Source: Octopus vulgaris
Lineage: Eukaryota
DNA length: 64,000 nucleotides
Direction of reading: 5' to 3'
Assembly (NCBI GenBank): GCA_951406725.2
Contig: OX597821.1
Span: 43,648,001 to 43,712,000, forward strand
How positions within the stretch are numbered: position 1 is the stretch's first letter; each line of letters begins with the position of its first letter. A program made the translations under genes and the position numbers. Below the pieces are notes generated by a model that had not been told where the DNA came from, ran no database searches, and was given only the letters and a program-made list of their open reading frames with translations. Below are positions 14,101 through 28,879 of this stretch, piece by piece.

Positions 14101-14530
14101 TTATTCTCTGTCAGAGTTTTTCATTGACAGCTTCTAGCTCCTGCTTGAGGGTAATCAGTTTGCAAGTAAGTGTCCTCTTTTTGCTGTCTCCAAACATCAC
14201 TTCTTTCTCCTTTTTTACTTCCTGTTGGTGTGACGTATAGTGATTTGCTTGTTTGCATGCAATAAGCATCATTACATGACTGATAGTCTTCCGTAAACCA
14301 GTTATCTTTTTCTCTGTCTTCAACACACATGATGGTACTTTCTTTGTTATTTTGGTTTTGTTTACGATTTGAATATCATTCATGTAATGTTTTACACCAG
14401 TAGCCAGAGCATATAGACAGGTGTTAATCTGCCAGTATGTGGGTTCATCACCCTAGCTTTTAATACTGTATCTGGTGGGTTTTTTTTTTACTTACTGTTG
14501 TAGAGAATACTCTCTCCTCGAGAATGTACT
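11143..14530 (-). mobile_element. R4/Dong-like non-LTR retrotransposon (RT, zinc knuckle, restriction-like endonuclease), pseudogenised
   Basis: Fragments WPIACQNLMYK, NYKKAFDSVPH, GISQGDSLS, RHNVVA, HNTPDIMIWD, IPVIIVALG; many stops and frameshifts; 3' UTR carries an internal (CATA)n. Confidence 0.9.
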
Positions 14531-15205
14531 TAACAGCCAAAGTTATTTTTTCTCAAAAAAACTTCAGTAAGGGGACATTTCACTGGCATATAATCCTGAC
14601 TATCACTACTACTACAATAATCATTGCAGTTGTGCTTGCTGTTCACCATAGTCGTAGTAGGGGGACAGTGGTCAGTTACTTGAGCCAGTAATTTAGTTTG
14701 GCTGGCAGGTACTATGAAATCTGTTGGAATGTCTCTGTATTTATGTATATATATGCATACACATGTATGTATGTACATATGAATGAATGCAAATGAACAG
14801 AGGAATACAGACGATGGCATTGCATTTATTAGACAGTTATGATTGTTTTGTTAACTGATGGCATCATTACATCAAACAATGTGCTGAACCCAGCATGTTG
14901 GCTAATGGAATAATTCCACTAATTATCGAACTGACCATAACTGATTAATAATTGTAAAACTGTCACTGCATTTCTTTGTTTGCATTTGTACTCTGTAATT
15001 GATGCAGCAATCTCATAATTGGTGCCTTTTCCTGCGTTTGCGGTTTATATGGAATATTATTTTTGAATTAACTGAATACTAATTCTGATTTTCCTTCCTT
15101 TACATTCTGTTAGCCTGGATTTTGCATGGAATGCTGACCAAGGTACATACCTGGATTTCTCAAATCCTTATCCACTTACTTTATACATTACACACACACG
15201 CACAT

Positions 15206-15264
<59 letters not shown>

Positions 15265-15440
15265 TGTATGCATGCATGTCTATATGTGTGAATGTATCTT
15301 CATGAGTGTGTATGTGATGTGGTGTGTGTGCATGTATGATGTGGTGTGTGTGTGTGAGTGTGTATGTGATGTAGTCTGTGTGCATGTATAATGTGGTGTG
15401 TGTGTGTGTGATATGGTGTGTGTGTGTGTGTGTGTGTGTT

Positions 15441-15471
<31 letters not shown>

Positions 15472-15477
15472 GTGTAT

Positions 15478-15793
15478 TCATTATGCAGTTTTATTTCAAA
15501 ATTTCTTACCAATAGAGAAAGAGCCAGTTTCTAATCTATGTCCAAGGCTTCTTCATTGGAATTTCAGCAACATAAACAGGGCATTTTTATATGTATGTAT
15601 GCTTGTATATCTGCAGATTTGTATGTTTTGTTTTATGCATGTATTCTCATGCATATAGTTGTATATCTAGACATGATCCTGTATACTTAAAGGATAAACT
15701 TCTGGAAAGTTCTATAGATTTTTTACAGTTCCAGTGAAGGCTTGGATCTATATTCTTCAAATCACTTTTCTCCTTTCTGATTTTGAGAAGCCT
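15478..15793 (-). mobile_element. 5'-truncated copy of the 11143 R4-like family
   Basis: Colinear with 11143-11650 (aatagagaaagagccagtttctaa...). Confidence 0.85.
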
Positions 15794-16308
15794 GTATTTA
15801 TTTATGTATATGTGTGTGTGTGAATGTTTATGCATATAAACAGATAAACAGAAATATAATATATATATCGAAGATGATCATTTAGTGGTTCTCTAATTAA
15901 GCAGGTCACCACAGTAACTATGTCACTGTAAGATGTTAATTGTATTCTGCAGCAGCTCTGTTACTTTCAAACAACAGAAATACTAATGAATACATTACAT
16001 TCTTATCAATCTGCAAGCATGCATACACATGCATAAAATAGTCTTTATCTTATACAGCTGTGTGATAAACAGAGTCAATTGCAAAACATTCCAAGGCTAG
16101 AGATATCCAACAATGGGTTATCAAAACTGGTAGATTCAAGAGAATAGGAGCAAGCATTGCTCTGCAGCCAAAAAGCTTGCTTCTCAATCTTGTAGTCTTG
16201 GATTCAATCCCTCTGCATGACAACTTCAGCAAGTGTCTTCCAATGTAACCCTGAGCTGACCAATGCTTTGTGAGAAGATTTGGCAGACAGAAACTGAAAG
16301 AAGCCAAT

Positions 16309-16356
<48 letters not shown>

Positions 16357-17036
16357 TGTATATGTATATGTGTGAGTGCATACATATGAGTGTGTGTGTG
16401 TGTGCATGTATGTGTGTGAGTGTATATGCATGTATGTGTGTGAGTGTGTATGTGCGTGTGTGTGTGTGTGTGTGTGTGAGTGTATATGTATGTGTGTATA
16501 TGTGTGTGTATGTGGATGTGTGCAAGTGTGTGTGTGACTATATGTATGTATATATGAATGTGAGTGAGTGTATATGTGTGTGAGTGTGTATGTGTGTATA
16601 TGTCTGTGTCTGAGTGTGTGTGTGTGTGTATATATGTATGTATGTGTGTGAGTGTGTACGTGTGTGTATGTGTGTGTGTGAGAGAGTATGTGTGAAACCT
16701 TCAGATATTAACTTCATTTTCTAAAGCAATGCTCTGCCTCTTCCTTAAAAGCACATTTGCACATATTTTTCAAGAAGTCCCTATAGCTTTGTTGAGCCCA
16801 TGATAACTACTCAAGAGTTGGTGCTACTACAAAATGCACCCAGTAAACTCTGTAAAGTGGGTGGTGTTAGGAAGGGCATCCAGCTGTAGAAATCTAGCTA
16901 AAGGTGTGAGACATGGTCTGCGAACATGCTTATAAGGGCAGAAACTCTGAACAAAGAATAAACCACAATGATCCATGCAACTTATGCTTATAGAGAAGGC
17001 ATGCATAAAATAATGACACACACAGACTAACACATG

Positions 17037-17067
<31 letters not shown>

Positions 17068-17078
17068 ACACATGTATA

Positions 17079-17112
<34 letters not shown>

Positions 17113-17188
17113 GACATATGTATCTATATATATATATAGACATATGTATCTATCTATCTATCTATATATATATATATGTATATATATA

Positions 17189-17900
17189 TCATCATCATCA
17201 TCATCATCGATTAACGTCCGTTCTCCATGCTAGCATGGGTTGGACGGTTCGACCGGGGATCTGGGAAGCCAAAAGGCTGCACCAGGCTCCAGTCTTATCT
17301 GGCAATGTTTCTACAGCTGGATGCCCTTCCTAACACCAACCACTCCGTGAGTGTAGTGGGTGCTTTTTACGTGCCATGGTCGGATTGGTGTATTTTACGT
17401 GCCACCGGCACGGAAGCCAGTCGAGGCGGCGCTGGCATCGGCCACGAGTTATATAGTGCTTTTTACGTACCACCAGACCAGGGGTCCTGGCTGGTTCAAT
17501 TCGATTTCGATTTCGATTTCGCTTGCCCCAACATGTCTTCGCAAGCAAAGGGGGTTGGCATGGGTGCCTGTTGTCGGATGAGGTTCTATATCAACTTCGC
17601 TTGCCTCAACAGGTCTTTGTGTCCAAGGAAGGAAAGGCATGCATAAGTGGGCTGGGCTCACTTGTCCTGCCTGGTCTTCTCAAGTACAGCATATTTCCAA
17701 AGGTCTCGGTCGCTGGTCATTTCCTCAGTGAGGCCTAAAGTTCGAAGGTCGTGCTTCACCACCTCGTCCCAGGTTTTCCTGGGTCTACCTCTTCCACGGG
17801 TTCCCTCAACTGCTAGGGATTGGCACTTTCTCACACACCTATCTTCATCCATTCTCGCCACATGACCATACCAGCGCAATCATCTCTCTTGCACACCACA
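17189..17900 (-). mobile_element. RTE-clade LINE 3' end with (GAT)n tail; shorter tail copies about 3804-4000, 7849-7980, 9573-9762, 18175-18480, 39790-40150, 53540-53865
   Basis: MRWYGHVARM..GRGRPRKTW..DRDLW C-terminal motifs and a shared 3' UTR. Confidence 0.88.
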
Positions 17901-17901
17901 A

Positions 17902-17948
<47 letters not shown>

Positions 17949-18127
17949 TATGTGTGTGTGTATATATATATATATCTTGTCACTAATTAAGATAGTGCTT
18001 CCGTGGCTACTGAGTTGTTTTGACTCTTATTTCTTGTAATACTGGTGCTGATTATTGCCCTTTGTCACTATAGTGACATATATATTTCTGCCTTCAGGTA
18101 GTAAAACTGCATATTAGCCATCCATAT

Positions 18128-18175
<48 letters not shown>

Positions 18176-18682
18176 TGTCATGTAACAGACATCTGTGCAG
18201 TGGCACATAAAATGCACCCTTTGAACATTGAGCTGATAAGTGACCAAGTCCTTTGGTGATATGCTATGCTTAAAAAGACTCATCAAACCAAGTGAAAATA
18301 TAGTTGTGGCTGGTGTTGGTGTCACATAACTGGATCCATGCTGGTGGAACTTAAAAAGCATCCATTACACTCTTGGAGTAGTTGATGTTACGAAGGGCAC
18401 CCAGTCATAGAAACCATGCCAAATCAGATTGGAACCTGGTGCAACTCTCAGAATGGAAAGCTGATGCTAAATGATGATAAGGATATATACATATACATAT
18501 ACATATATATATATAGATAAAACTTACTTGGAAGAGGCTCATTGTTGTTTTTTTTTGGTGTCCTGTACCCATATATGCATATATATATACATATAGGTGT
18601 AGGTACGTACATATATGTATGTATATATGCATATGTTTTATTTATTATTTTGTTATTACACACACACACACACACACACACA

Positions 18683-18725
<43 letters not shown>

Positions 18726-19315
18726 GCATTGGTTACGTCATGAGAATTTTGACATTTCTGGAAATATAAGGTAAATCAGTAGAACATGAAGAAAAAGCTA
18801 TATTCAATAGCACACATAATATTGAGTTAATATTGGATGTAAATAATATAAAATTCTTGCTGGTAAGAACAAACATTCCAAAATGGAAGGAGAAAATTTG
18901 AAAAGTTGCTTTGGTATAATGTTCAGAACAGCAAACATGTCTACAGATAATGTTGGTTCAAGTCCTACTAGCAGTCTTTGACTTTTCTGTCTAATATTCT
19001 ACATGCTATTGTTTATAGCTCTGAGGCAGTGAGCTTGCAGAATTGTTGGCATGCTGGTCTACATGTTTAACAACATTTCGTCCATCTTTACATTCTGAGT
19101 TTAAATTCTGTTTGTGGTCGACTTTGCCTTTCATCCTTTCAGGGTCGATAAAATAAATACCAGCTGAACACTGGGGTCGATGTAATCGACTTACCCTCTC
19201 CCACAAACTTGCTGGCCTTGTACCAAACTTTGAAATCATTATTTATAACTCTATTCTTGTCTGAATGGCGGCCTTCTCACATTTATACTGGGTATATTCC
19301 ATATTTATAAATGAC

Positions 19316-20315
<1,000 letters not shown>

Positions 20316-20658
20316 ATGTAAGTATGTATGTATATACACACAAACATGCATACATACATACAAACACACACATATATATATATAAACACTAACATACAGA
20401 TGTATATATATGTATATATTTGTATATAGATGCATATGCACAAACATATATATATATACATTGATACACACACATATATGTATGCATGCACACACACAGA
20501 CACACACACATATATGTATGCATGAATGTATATATGTATGTATATGTATATCTATCTATCTATCTATCTATCTGTCTGTCTGTCTATCTTTCTATCTATC
20601 TGTCTATCTATCTATCTATCTATCTATCTCTCTGTCTGTCTGTCTGTCTATCTATCTT

Positions 20659-20735
<77 letters not shown>

Positions 20736-20968
20736 ATATATCATATATTTATAAGAACTAATAAATATATTTCTAAAGACTTCATTTTTGTCCTTAAGAT
20801 TTTGTTGTATAACAGTTAAGTCAGATCAAACAGTTAACAATTGATATGTCAAAGTTCATTGGATCTAGTGTCAAGTGGTACTGTGTTGTTACTCACCCGA
20901 CCACTCCCCACTCTCACATACTTACACACAACAATGCCAGAAGCTCATAGCTGTCACATCAATCCACC

Positions 20969-21019
<51 letters not shown>

Positions 21020-21399
21020 CAGTGACATTTGGTGTGTGTTATTGAATACAACCCACTGACAATGATTGTATTTCTATATTTCGACATTTCTCCAATATTT
21101 GTCATGAATGTGTCTTTGTATTGGTGCCATGCTGGAAACAGTTATAAAACCAACAACTAATTTAGCATATCTATAAAAGTTTTGTTCATCCACAGTCAAT
21201 ATGTAACAGGTGGAGAAAGGCCTTTTTTATTGGTCTGGCTCAATGTGATTTCCTCTACAGACTATATGTCTTTTCTTGTGGCTACAGTGCTGCTGCTGTT
21301 GTTGTTGTTGTTGTTGTCGTTTGGCCTCAGGTGTGCCCTGTTCAAACAGAGCTATGATCATCCTTCTCATTTATCGACTGATGATGATAATAATGTTGC

Positions 21400-21440
<41 letters not shown>

Positions 21441-21753
21441 ATAATGCTGGTGATGATGATGATAATAATGCTGATGATAATGATGATAATAATGCTGATG
21501 ATAATGATGATGATGATGATGATGATGATGGTGATGATATGATGATGATGATGATGATAATGATGATGATGATAATGCTGCTGCTGCTGATGATGATGAT
21601 GAGGGTAATAATTATGGTTGCATCTAGGACTACATTATCTAGGAAAATTGTTAGTGTCATAAAATTGTTGAAATGGAGGTGGACTAGATATGACCAGAGG
21701 ATTAAATAGCAACAGGGGGGATGGGAAAGATAATAAAGCTAAGAGACAGGATC

Positions 21754-21835
<82 letters not shown>

Positions 21836-22056
21836 ACAAAAGAAGTGGAGAATGGCAGTGAACAAAGTGAACTATATAGTTTTAACAATGTAACCTACAT
21901 TTTAGTTGGGGCTAGGTGTAATTTAAGAAACATTTAACTGCCACTTCTTGCAGGTCAAGTGACAGTATTCAGGTCTTCTTGTTAGCTCATTGTTATTGCT
22001 ATTGGTGGTCGATGGTGGTAGTGGCGACAGTAATAATAATACTAATAATAATAATA

Positions 22057-22613
22057 GATGCCCTGATGCAGTACCAGGCACTGGCTCTAATGGCTTCTGA
22101 CCTTAAATAGTTGGAATGTTCTCATATATATGTTTTGTCTTGGTATAAAAGATGGGCTACAGCAAATATTCTACTCAATACCACAGATTTGCTTGTCAGC
22201 TGCTTGACCTTAACCAGTTGAGCATGTTCCTTGGCGCTGACGATATGTGCATCTCTGATCACAAGCAGAAGTAGTGGGGGAGCTTCATAACCATGCATTG
22301 AGATGAATTCTTTGGGATTTGAATAATTCACCGCTGGAAACATGGGTGTTTTGTTCATCATCCTTAAAACAAATCTTATTCAGGGACCTTCTGAGCAGGA
22401 TGGGATACTCGACCTGAAGAAAATTCTAATTGGGCCCCACCTGCAAGGTCATGTGCTGTTTATCTCGATATGGAATGACCATGTCATGCACATATGGTTG
22501 TGATGCATGTGTCTGGTGTACCCTTATAAAACAGGTAGTCATGATGGGTATACTAGGCTTCATATATTTGTACCCCAGTGTCACTTTGATGGCATGCACT
22601 GCTCTCCCACTCA
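22057..22613 (+). mobile_element. non-coding (TAA)n-tailed retroposon, longer copy
   Basis: Homologous to 6100-6487; TAA repeats on both sides. Confidence 0.75.
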
Positions 22614-22629
22614 ATAATAATAGTAATAA

Positions 22630-23013
22630 CTAGCAGTATCGCCCGGCGTTGCTCAGGTTTGTAAGGGAAATAACTATAAAGCATTTTTAGAGAGTTATAG
22701 CCAAAAAATAGCAAAAAAATGGAAAATAATGATGGTAAATTTTGTTTGAGAGTAAAAAAAGGTGGAGTTGCGTCCCCTAGACAGTTTGCGGTTTGTGTTT
22801 CTGATTCTCGACCCCATGTCGAATTTATCGATTTTTTTCAGAACTGGGGGAACTTTTCAAAATTTTCGCTGCGTTAGTTTTGAATTATGACATTGGGCTA
22901 TGTGTGTGTCAAGTTTCATCAGAATCGGTTGAAAGCCGTGGTCAGGGTGAGGGTACAAGCAAACAGACACACAGAAACACGCACAGACAAACTGCCGTTT
23001 ATATAGAGAGAGA
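22630..23013 (-). mobile_element. non-autonomous Helitron (384 bp)
   Basis: Minus strand 5' TC(tctctctatataa), 3' CTAG, subterminal GC-rich hairpin cctgagcaacgccggg, inserted between host A and T with no TSD. Confidence 0.85.
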
Positions 23014-23917
23014 TAAAAACAATAATAATCCTTTCTACTATAGGCACAAGGCCTGAAATTTGGTGGGAGGGGGCTAGTTGATTATATTGACCCCAGTATT
23101 TCATTGGTACTTAATTTATTGGCCATAGAAGGATGTAAGGCTAAGTTGACCTAGGCCGAATTTGAACTCAGAATGAGAAGATGGATAAAATACCACTAAA
23201 CATTTCACCCAACCATTCAGCCAGCTTGTTACCTTAATAATAATATCAACAACAACAATAATGATGATTATTTCAAATTTTGGCACAAGGCCAGCATGCT
23301 TGGGAGAGAGGGTAAGTTGATTACATTGACCTCAGTGCTTAACTAGTATTTATTTTATCAATACTGAAAGGATGAAAGGCGAAGTCAACCATGGCAGAAT
23401 TTGAACTCAGAATGTATACACGAATGAAATGCCACTCAGCATTTTGTGCAGTGAACTAATGGTTCTGCCAGCACTGGCAAGATTGTTAACACATCATAGA
23501 AAATGCTTAGCTGTATTTCTTTGGTCTCTTTACAGAGTTGAAATGCCACTGAGGTCAGCTTTGCTTTTCATCTTTCGAGATTAATAAAATAATTATCAGT
23601 CAAGTTCTGGGATCGATGATGATGGAGATGGTGGTAAGTCCTGCTCAAGATGACCTGTAGATGACCATATATCTATATCTGTATATATATATATAAATTA
23701 ATAGATATCAGAACAGAGATTTAACACATCCTAGTATTATTTTATATTTAATCATACCTTTCTTTTCCCCAAAACAGTAAAGACTTCTGGTAACTTGACT
23801 GAGGAAGGAAGGCCATGAATGACCCGTCTTTTTTTGCCTATCCTTCTAAATGTTGTTTCTCCTGTCCACCTTTGTATCTGTCTGAATGTTTTATTGTCCT
23901 CTATTGCATTTTTGCTC

Positions 23918-23953
<36 letters not shown>

Positions 23954-24192
23954 TTAAGGGTAGAAATTGATATTTATCAATTAAGACCAGTGGTCTAGCA
24001 TATTAAAAAAGAATCCGAAGATTAAAATATTTATATATACCAATTAAGGACTGAACACGAAAAGTGGACAGTCAACATGCTAGATATAGACGTCAAATCG
24101 TCATTCTCCACAAAAGATTATGTTCTCAGATCAAACTCAACACAAAACCATAGCAATAAACAAGTGAAAAATATACGAAATAAAATAATTAC

Positions 24193-24257
24193 CCATGTAC
24201 TAACTTAGTTTCAGCTGTTATTTTCCGCAAGGAAAACTGCAGCCATCATCAGCATGG
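24193..24257 (-). ncRNA. type I hammerhead ribozyme (copy 1)
   Basis: ccatg-CTGATGA-t-ggctg..cagct-GAA-actaagttagt-A-catgg. Confidence 0.85.
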
Positions 24258-24699
24258 TCCGTTATAAATGTAATTTGCTGGACTAAATGCAAACACGATA
24301 CCAAAATATCGCAGTGCATGGAGTTCAGCCTATTACATTTGAATATATCTTTCAAATGCCTTTACTTTGGCGCGTTGAAACCCGAGAAAACTAGCCTGCA
24401 GCTAATAATTAGCAGCAGTTAATTTATCGGTTAGAGAACATATTTATTTATATAAAATTAATTAAGGGTAGAAATTGATATTTATCAATTAAGACCAGTG
24501 GTCTAGCATATTAAAAAGAATCCGAAGATTAAAATATTTATATATACCAATTAAGGACTGAACACGAAAAGTGGACAGTCAACATGCTAGATATAGACGT
24601 CAAATCGTCATTCTCCACAAAAGATTATGTTCTCAGATCAAACTCAACACAAAACCATAGCAATAAACAAGTGAAAAATATACGAAATAAAATAATTAC

Positions 24700-24764
24700 C
24701 CATGTACTAACTTAGTTTCAGCTGTTATTTTCCGCAAGGAAAACTGCAGCCATCATCAGCATGG
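24700..24764 (-). ncRNA. type I hammerhead ribozyme (copy 2)
   Basis: Identical motif to copy 1. Confidence 0.85.
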
Positions 24765-25109
24765 TCCGTTATAAATGTAATTTGCTGGACTAAATGCAAA
24801 CACGATACCGAAATATCGCGTGCATGGAGTTCAGCCTATTACATTTGAATATATCTTTCAAATGCCTTTACTTTGGCGCGTTGAAACCCGAGAAACTAGC
24901 CTGCAGCTAATAATTAGCAGCAGTTAATTTATCGGTTAGAGAACATATTTATTTATATAAAATTAATTAAGGGTAGAATTTCTCGGGTTTCAACGCGCCA
25001 AAGTAAAGGCATTTGAAAGATATATTCAAATGTAATAGGCTGAACTCCATGCACGCGATATTTCGGTATCGTGTTTGCATTTAGTCCAGCAAATTACATT
25101 TATAACGGA

Positions 25110-25174
25110 CCATGCTGATGATGGCTGCAGTTTTCCTTGCGGAAAATAACAGCTGAAACTAAGTTAGTACATGG
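25110..25174 (+). ncRNA. type I hammerhead ribozyme (copy 3)
   Basis: Identical motif; GUA triplet ends at 25169. Confidence 0.85.
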
Positions 25175-25616
25175 GTAATTATTTTATTTCGTATATTTTT
25201 CACTTGTTTATTGCTATGGTTTTGTGTTGAGTTTGATCTGAGAACATAATCTTTTGTGGAGAATGACGATTTGACGTCTATATCTAGCATGTTGACTGTC
25301 CACTTTTCGTGTTCAGTCCTTAATTGGTATATATAAATATTTTAATCTTCGGATTCTTTTTTAATATGCTAGACCACTGGTCTTAATTGATAAATATCAA
25401 TTTCTACCCTTAATTAATTTTATATAAATAAATATGTTCTCTAACCGATAAATTAACTGCTGCTAATTATTAGCTGCAGGCTAGTTTTCTCGGGTTTCAA
25501 CGCGCCAAAGTAAAGGCATTTGAAAGATATATTCAAATGTAATAGGCTGAACTCCATGCACGCGATATTTCGGTATCGTGTTTGCATTTAGTCCAGCAAA
25601 TTACATTTATAACGGA

Positions 25617-25681
25617 CCATGCTGATGATGGCTGCAGTTTTCCTTGCGGAAAATAACAGCTGAAACTAAGTTAGTACATGG
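25617..25681 (+). ncRNA. type I hammerhead ribozyme (copy 4)
   Basis: Identical motif; GUA triplet ends at 25676. Confidence 0.85.
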
Positions 25682-25832
25682 GTAATTATTTTATTTCGTA
25701 TATTTTTCACTTGTTTATTGCTATGGTTTTGTGTTGAGTTTGATCTGAGAACATAATCTTTTGTGGAGAATGACGATTTGACATCTATATCTAGCATGTT
25801 GACTGTCCACTTTTCGTGTTCAGTCCTTAATT

Positions 25833-25883
<51 letters not shown>

Positions 25884-26817
25884 CAAGCAAATCATTTGAA
25901 AAATATTAATTATCCACATGACATTATTATGATTTATAATTTGATCTAGAACAATCCAGAGGAAGATGTAATTCTCAACAGCTATATAAATCTACAGCCC
26001 TTCAACCTGTAACTAACTTTCGGACCTTGAGTCATTCTGTTGCTTCTGCTAAATATTAATAAAAAAATATACATACACTGATATTTTGATTTCTATTTTT
26101 CTGCTTGCAGATATATATGCGCACAGACATATGCTAATATATAAATGATTCTGCCTATTTTGAAACAGATTGATTGTTGATCCAGAATTAGCTTGAAATA
26201 TTTTGTCTTTTGGTTCTTCCATCTATCCTCTCAAGGGACTTTACAACCAAGGAATTAATTTAGTGCAAATCCGAATATAGAATCTTAAAAACAAAATTAA
26301 GCTGCTTTAATTCATAAATTGAAAACATATTAACCACTATTTTAAGTAGAGTCAGAAGTTAGTGAGGTGAGTGAGTCAAGCTACTATGAAGAACTTGTAT
26401 GTAGTGGTATAGGGAGTGACATTGGTGGTGTTGATGATGATGATAATGATGATGATGATGATGAGGAGGAGGAGCAGGAGGAGGAAGTGGAAATGGAAGG
26501 GAGATGGGGAGGGAATATATAAAATATATTGAATACTGACAACATATCCAGCTTACATACAATGACTGTGTGAGAGGAAATATTGATCAGGTTTAATATA
26601 ATATGTGAGGGACATCTACAGGACAATTGAACAATTGAACAGTCTGTATTTCTTCACTCATATATACACTTTCAAGCATGTATTTATATATATTGTATAG
26701 ACACATATAGGTTGATAGCAATGCATTATGTGTGCTAAACATGTACAGAAAACGGTGAAGAGATACACAATATGCAGAGACATATATGTATGCGGACAAG
26801 CGCAAATAAATATGCAA

Positions 26818-26848
<31 letters not shown>

Positions 26849-26851
26849 CAT

Positions 26852-26916
<65 letters not shown>

Positions 26917-26917
<1 letters not shown>

Positions 26918-27135
26918 GAGATGGGGTGCTTAAATGTTCCTGGCTTTGGTTAAAAGCAAATACAGGAGGATCAGTTAATTATGATTGTATCCAACTTATT
27001 CCCTTCTCAGATTCACACGCTTATTGCAGAGGTCCTTCAGTTTTTCTAAGCCCTGTAAAAGAAGTCGGAAGGTTGGGCCTCCAACCAAGCCTTTCATGAT
27101 ACCCTTAAAGCCTGGAACTTTTCAGCATCCCCTTA
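26917..27135. mobile_element. mariner-type MITE
   Basis: Imperfect TIRs ggggtgcttaaatgttcctggcttt / aaagcctggaacttttcagcatccc; TA-rich flanks. Confidence 0.65.
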
Positions 27136-27217
27136 TTTATATATATGTGTGTGTGTGTATAAATACACACATCTGCATGCATACACACATGTTTGTATAT
27201 ATATATATGTATGTATG

Positions 27218-27255
<38 letters not shown>

Positions 27256-27271
27256 TATGTATGTATGTATG

Positions 27272-27306
<35 letters not shown>

Positions 27307-27357
27307 GTATGTATATATATATATATATGTATATATTTTATTTTTGGATTTGGTTTG

Positions 27358-27479
<122 letters not shown>

Positions 27480-27558
27480 TTTAAGATTCTTTATATGAGC
27501 TCATGTGTTGAGGCATATTCTGTTGTCTGGGGAGAAGCATTTTTTTTTGTGCCTTATA

Positions 27559-27738
27559 ATTTAACACACTCACCAGTAAAATTTCCACTTAATTATTATT
27601 CTTATTTTCCTAAAATTTTCGTTGTGTCTTGCAACCTTTTCAAGAGAGTCAAGACCATTGAAAAGGTTGCAAGATGCAATGAAAATTTTAGGAAAATAAA
27701 AAAAAAGAAATATGTGGAAATTTTACCAGTGAGTGTGT

Positions 27739-27743
<5 letters not shown>
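27559..27743. repeat. inverted repeat with ~85-bp arms and 14-nt spacer, between (TA)n tracts
   Basis: atttaacacactcacc..ccttttcaa pairs with ttgaaaagg..gagtgtgttaaat. Confidence 0.9.
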
Positions 27744-27778
<35 letters not shown>

Positions 27779-28879
27779 TTCAAGAGTGGCTGTGTAGTAA
27801 GTAGCTTGCTTACCAACCACATGGTTCTGAGGTTCAGTCCCACTGTGTGACACCTTGGGCAAGTGTCTTCTATTAAAGCCTTGGGCCGACCAAAGCCTTG
27901 TGAGTGGATTTGGTAGATGGAAACTAAAACAAGCCCATCATATATATATATGTATGTATAGGTGTATATGTGTGTGTGTCTGTGTTTGTCCCCCCCCCCT
28001 CGTTTGACAACAAATGTTGGCATGTCTACGTCCCCGTAACTTAGCAGTTCAGCAAAAGAGACCGATAGAATAAGTACTAGGCTTACAAAGATTAAGTCCT
28101 GGGGATGATTTGTTCAACAAAATGCAGTGCTCCAGCATGGCTGCAGTCAAATGACTGAAACAAATAAAAGACTAAAAGAATATATATGTATATATATATA
28201 TATGTATGTATGTATGCATGCACATACACATTATGACCGATATATTGTATCGATATTTTAAAGACACTCCCACCACAGACAAACATAATAAATACATATG
28301 CATCCTTAAATACATGTACGTGTTTGTATACATGCATGTACATATACCTAAGTGCATGCATATAATGACACATATTCATTAATATGTTAGTCATCCTAGA
28401 CATGCATACTTAATCAAAAGCACACACATTTAACACTCCCACCGAGGTGTGAGTCACTATGCAATCACACTACCTTTCAGAAATAGCAGCTGCTTCTTCA
28501 CACAATATGTGTCCCGGATGAATCTTTCTCCAATAACTCATCTTCCTAATCCTGCACCACCATCCAGCTGTGTTCACCTCACACTAAATTCCTCTCCCCT
28601 CTATCACCCACCCTCCTTTCATACTCTCATGGACTTATCTGTCTTCCTGCCCTGTCCTATCATCTGCACCACTTCACTTATATTCAACTCATTGTAACTT
28701 GAGGGTATACCTCAACACATCCTTGCCACCATTGTCTCTCTTTCTCTCATGGATCTCTCCTCTCTCTCTGTTTTCTCCCTCTCTTCTCTTTCTCTTCTCA
28801 CCTTATCAACTGAGGTAGCCATGCATTGTCTCTCCAGCAAAACACCTGTTTCTGTCCCTCTACCATACTTTAACATTCC

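Larger units (their letters stand above)
23948..25841. mobile_element. ~507-bp hammerhead-containing unit: tandem dimer followed by an inverted ~1.7-mer
   Basis: Periods 508, 505 and 507 bp; near-identical copies; inversion junction near 24978; (TA)n on both flanks. Confidence 0.9.

Noticed and set aside
23790-23860. CTGAGGA-a-ggaagg..ccttct-aaa hammerhead-like remnant
   Set aside because: GAAA box is incomplete and stem I does not pair; too decayed to call
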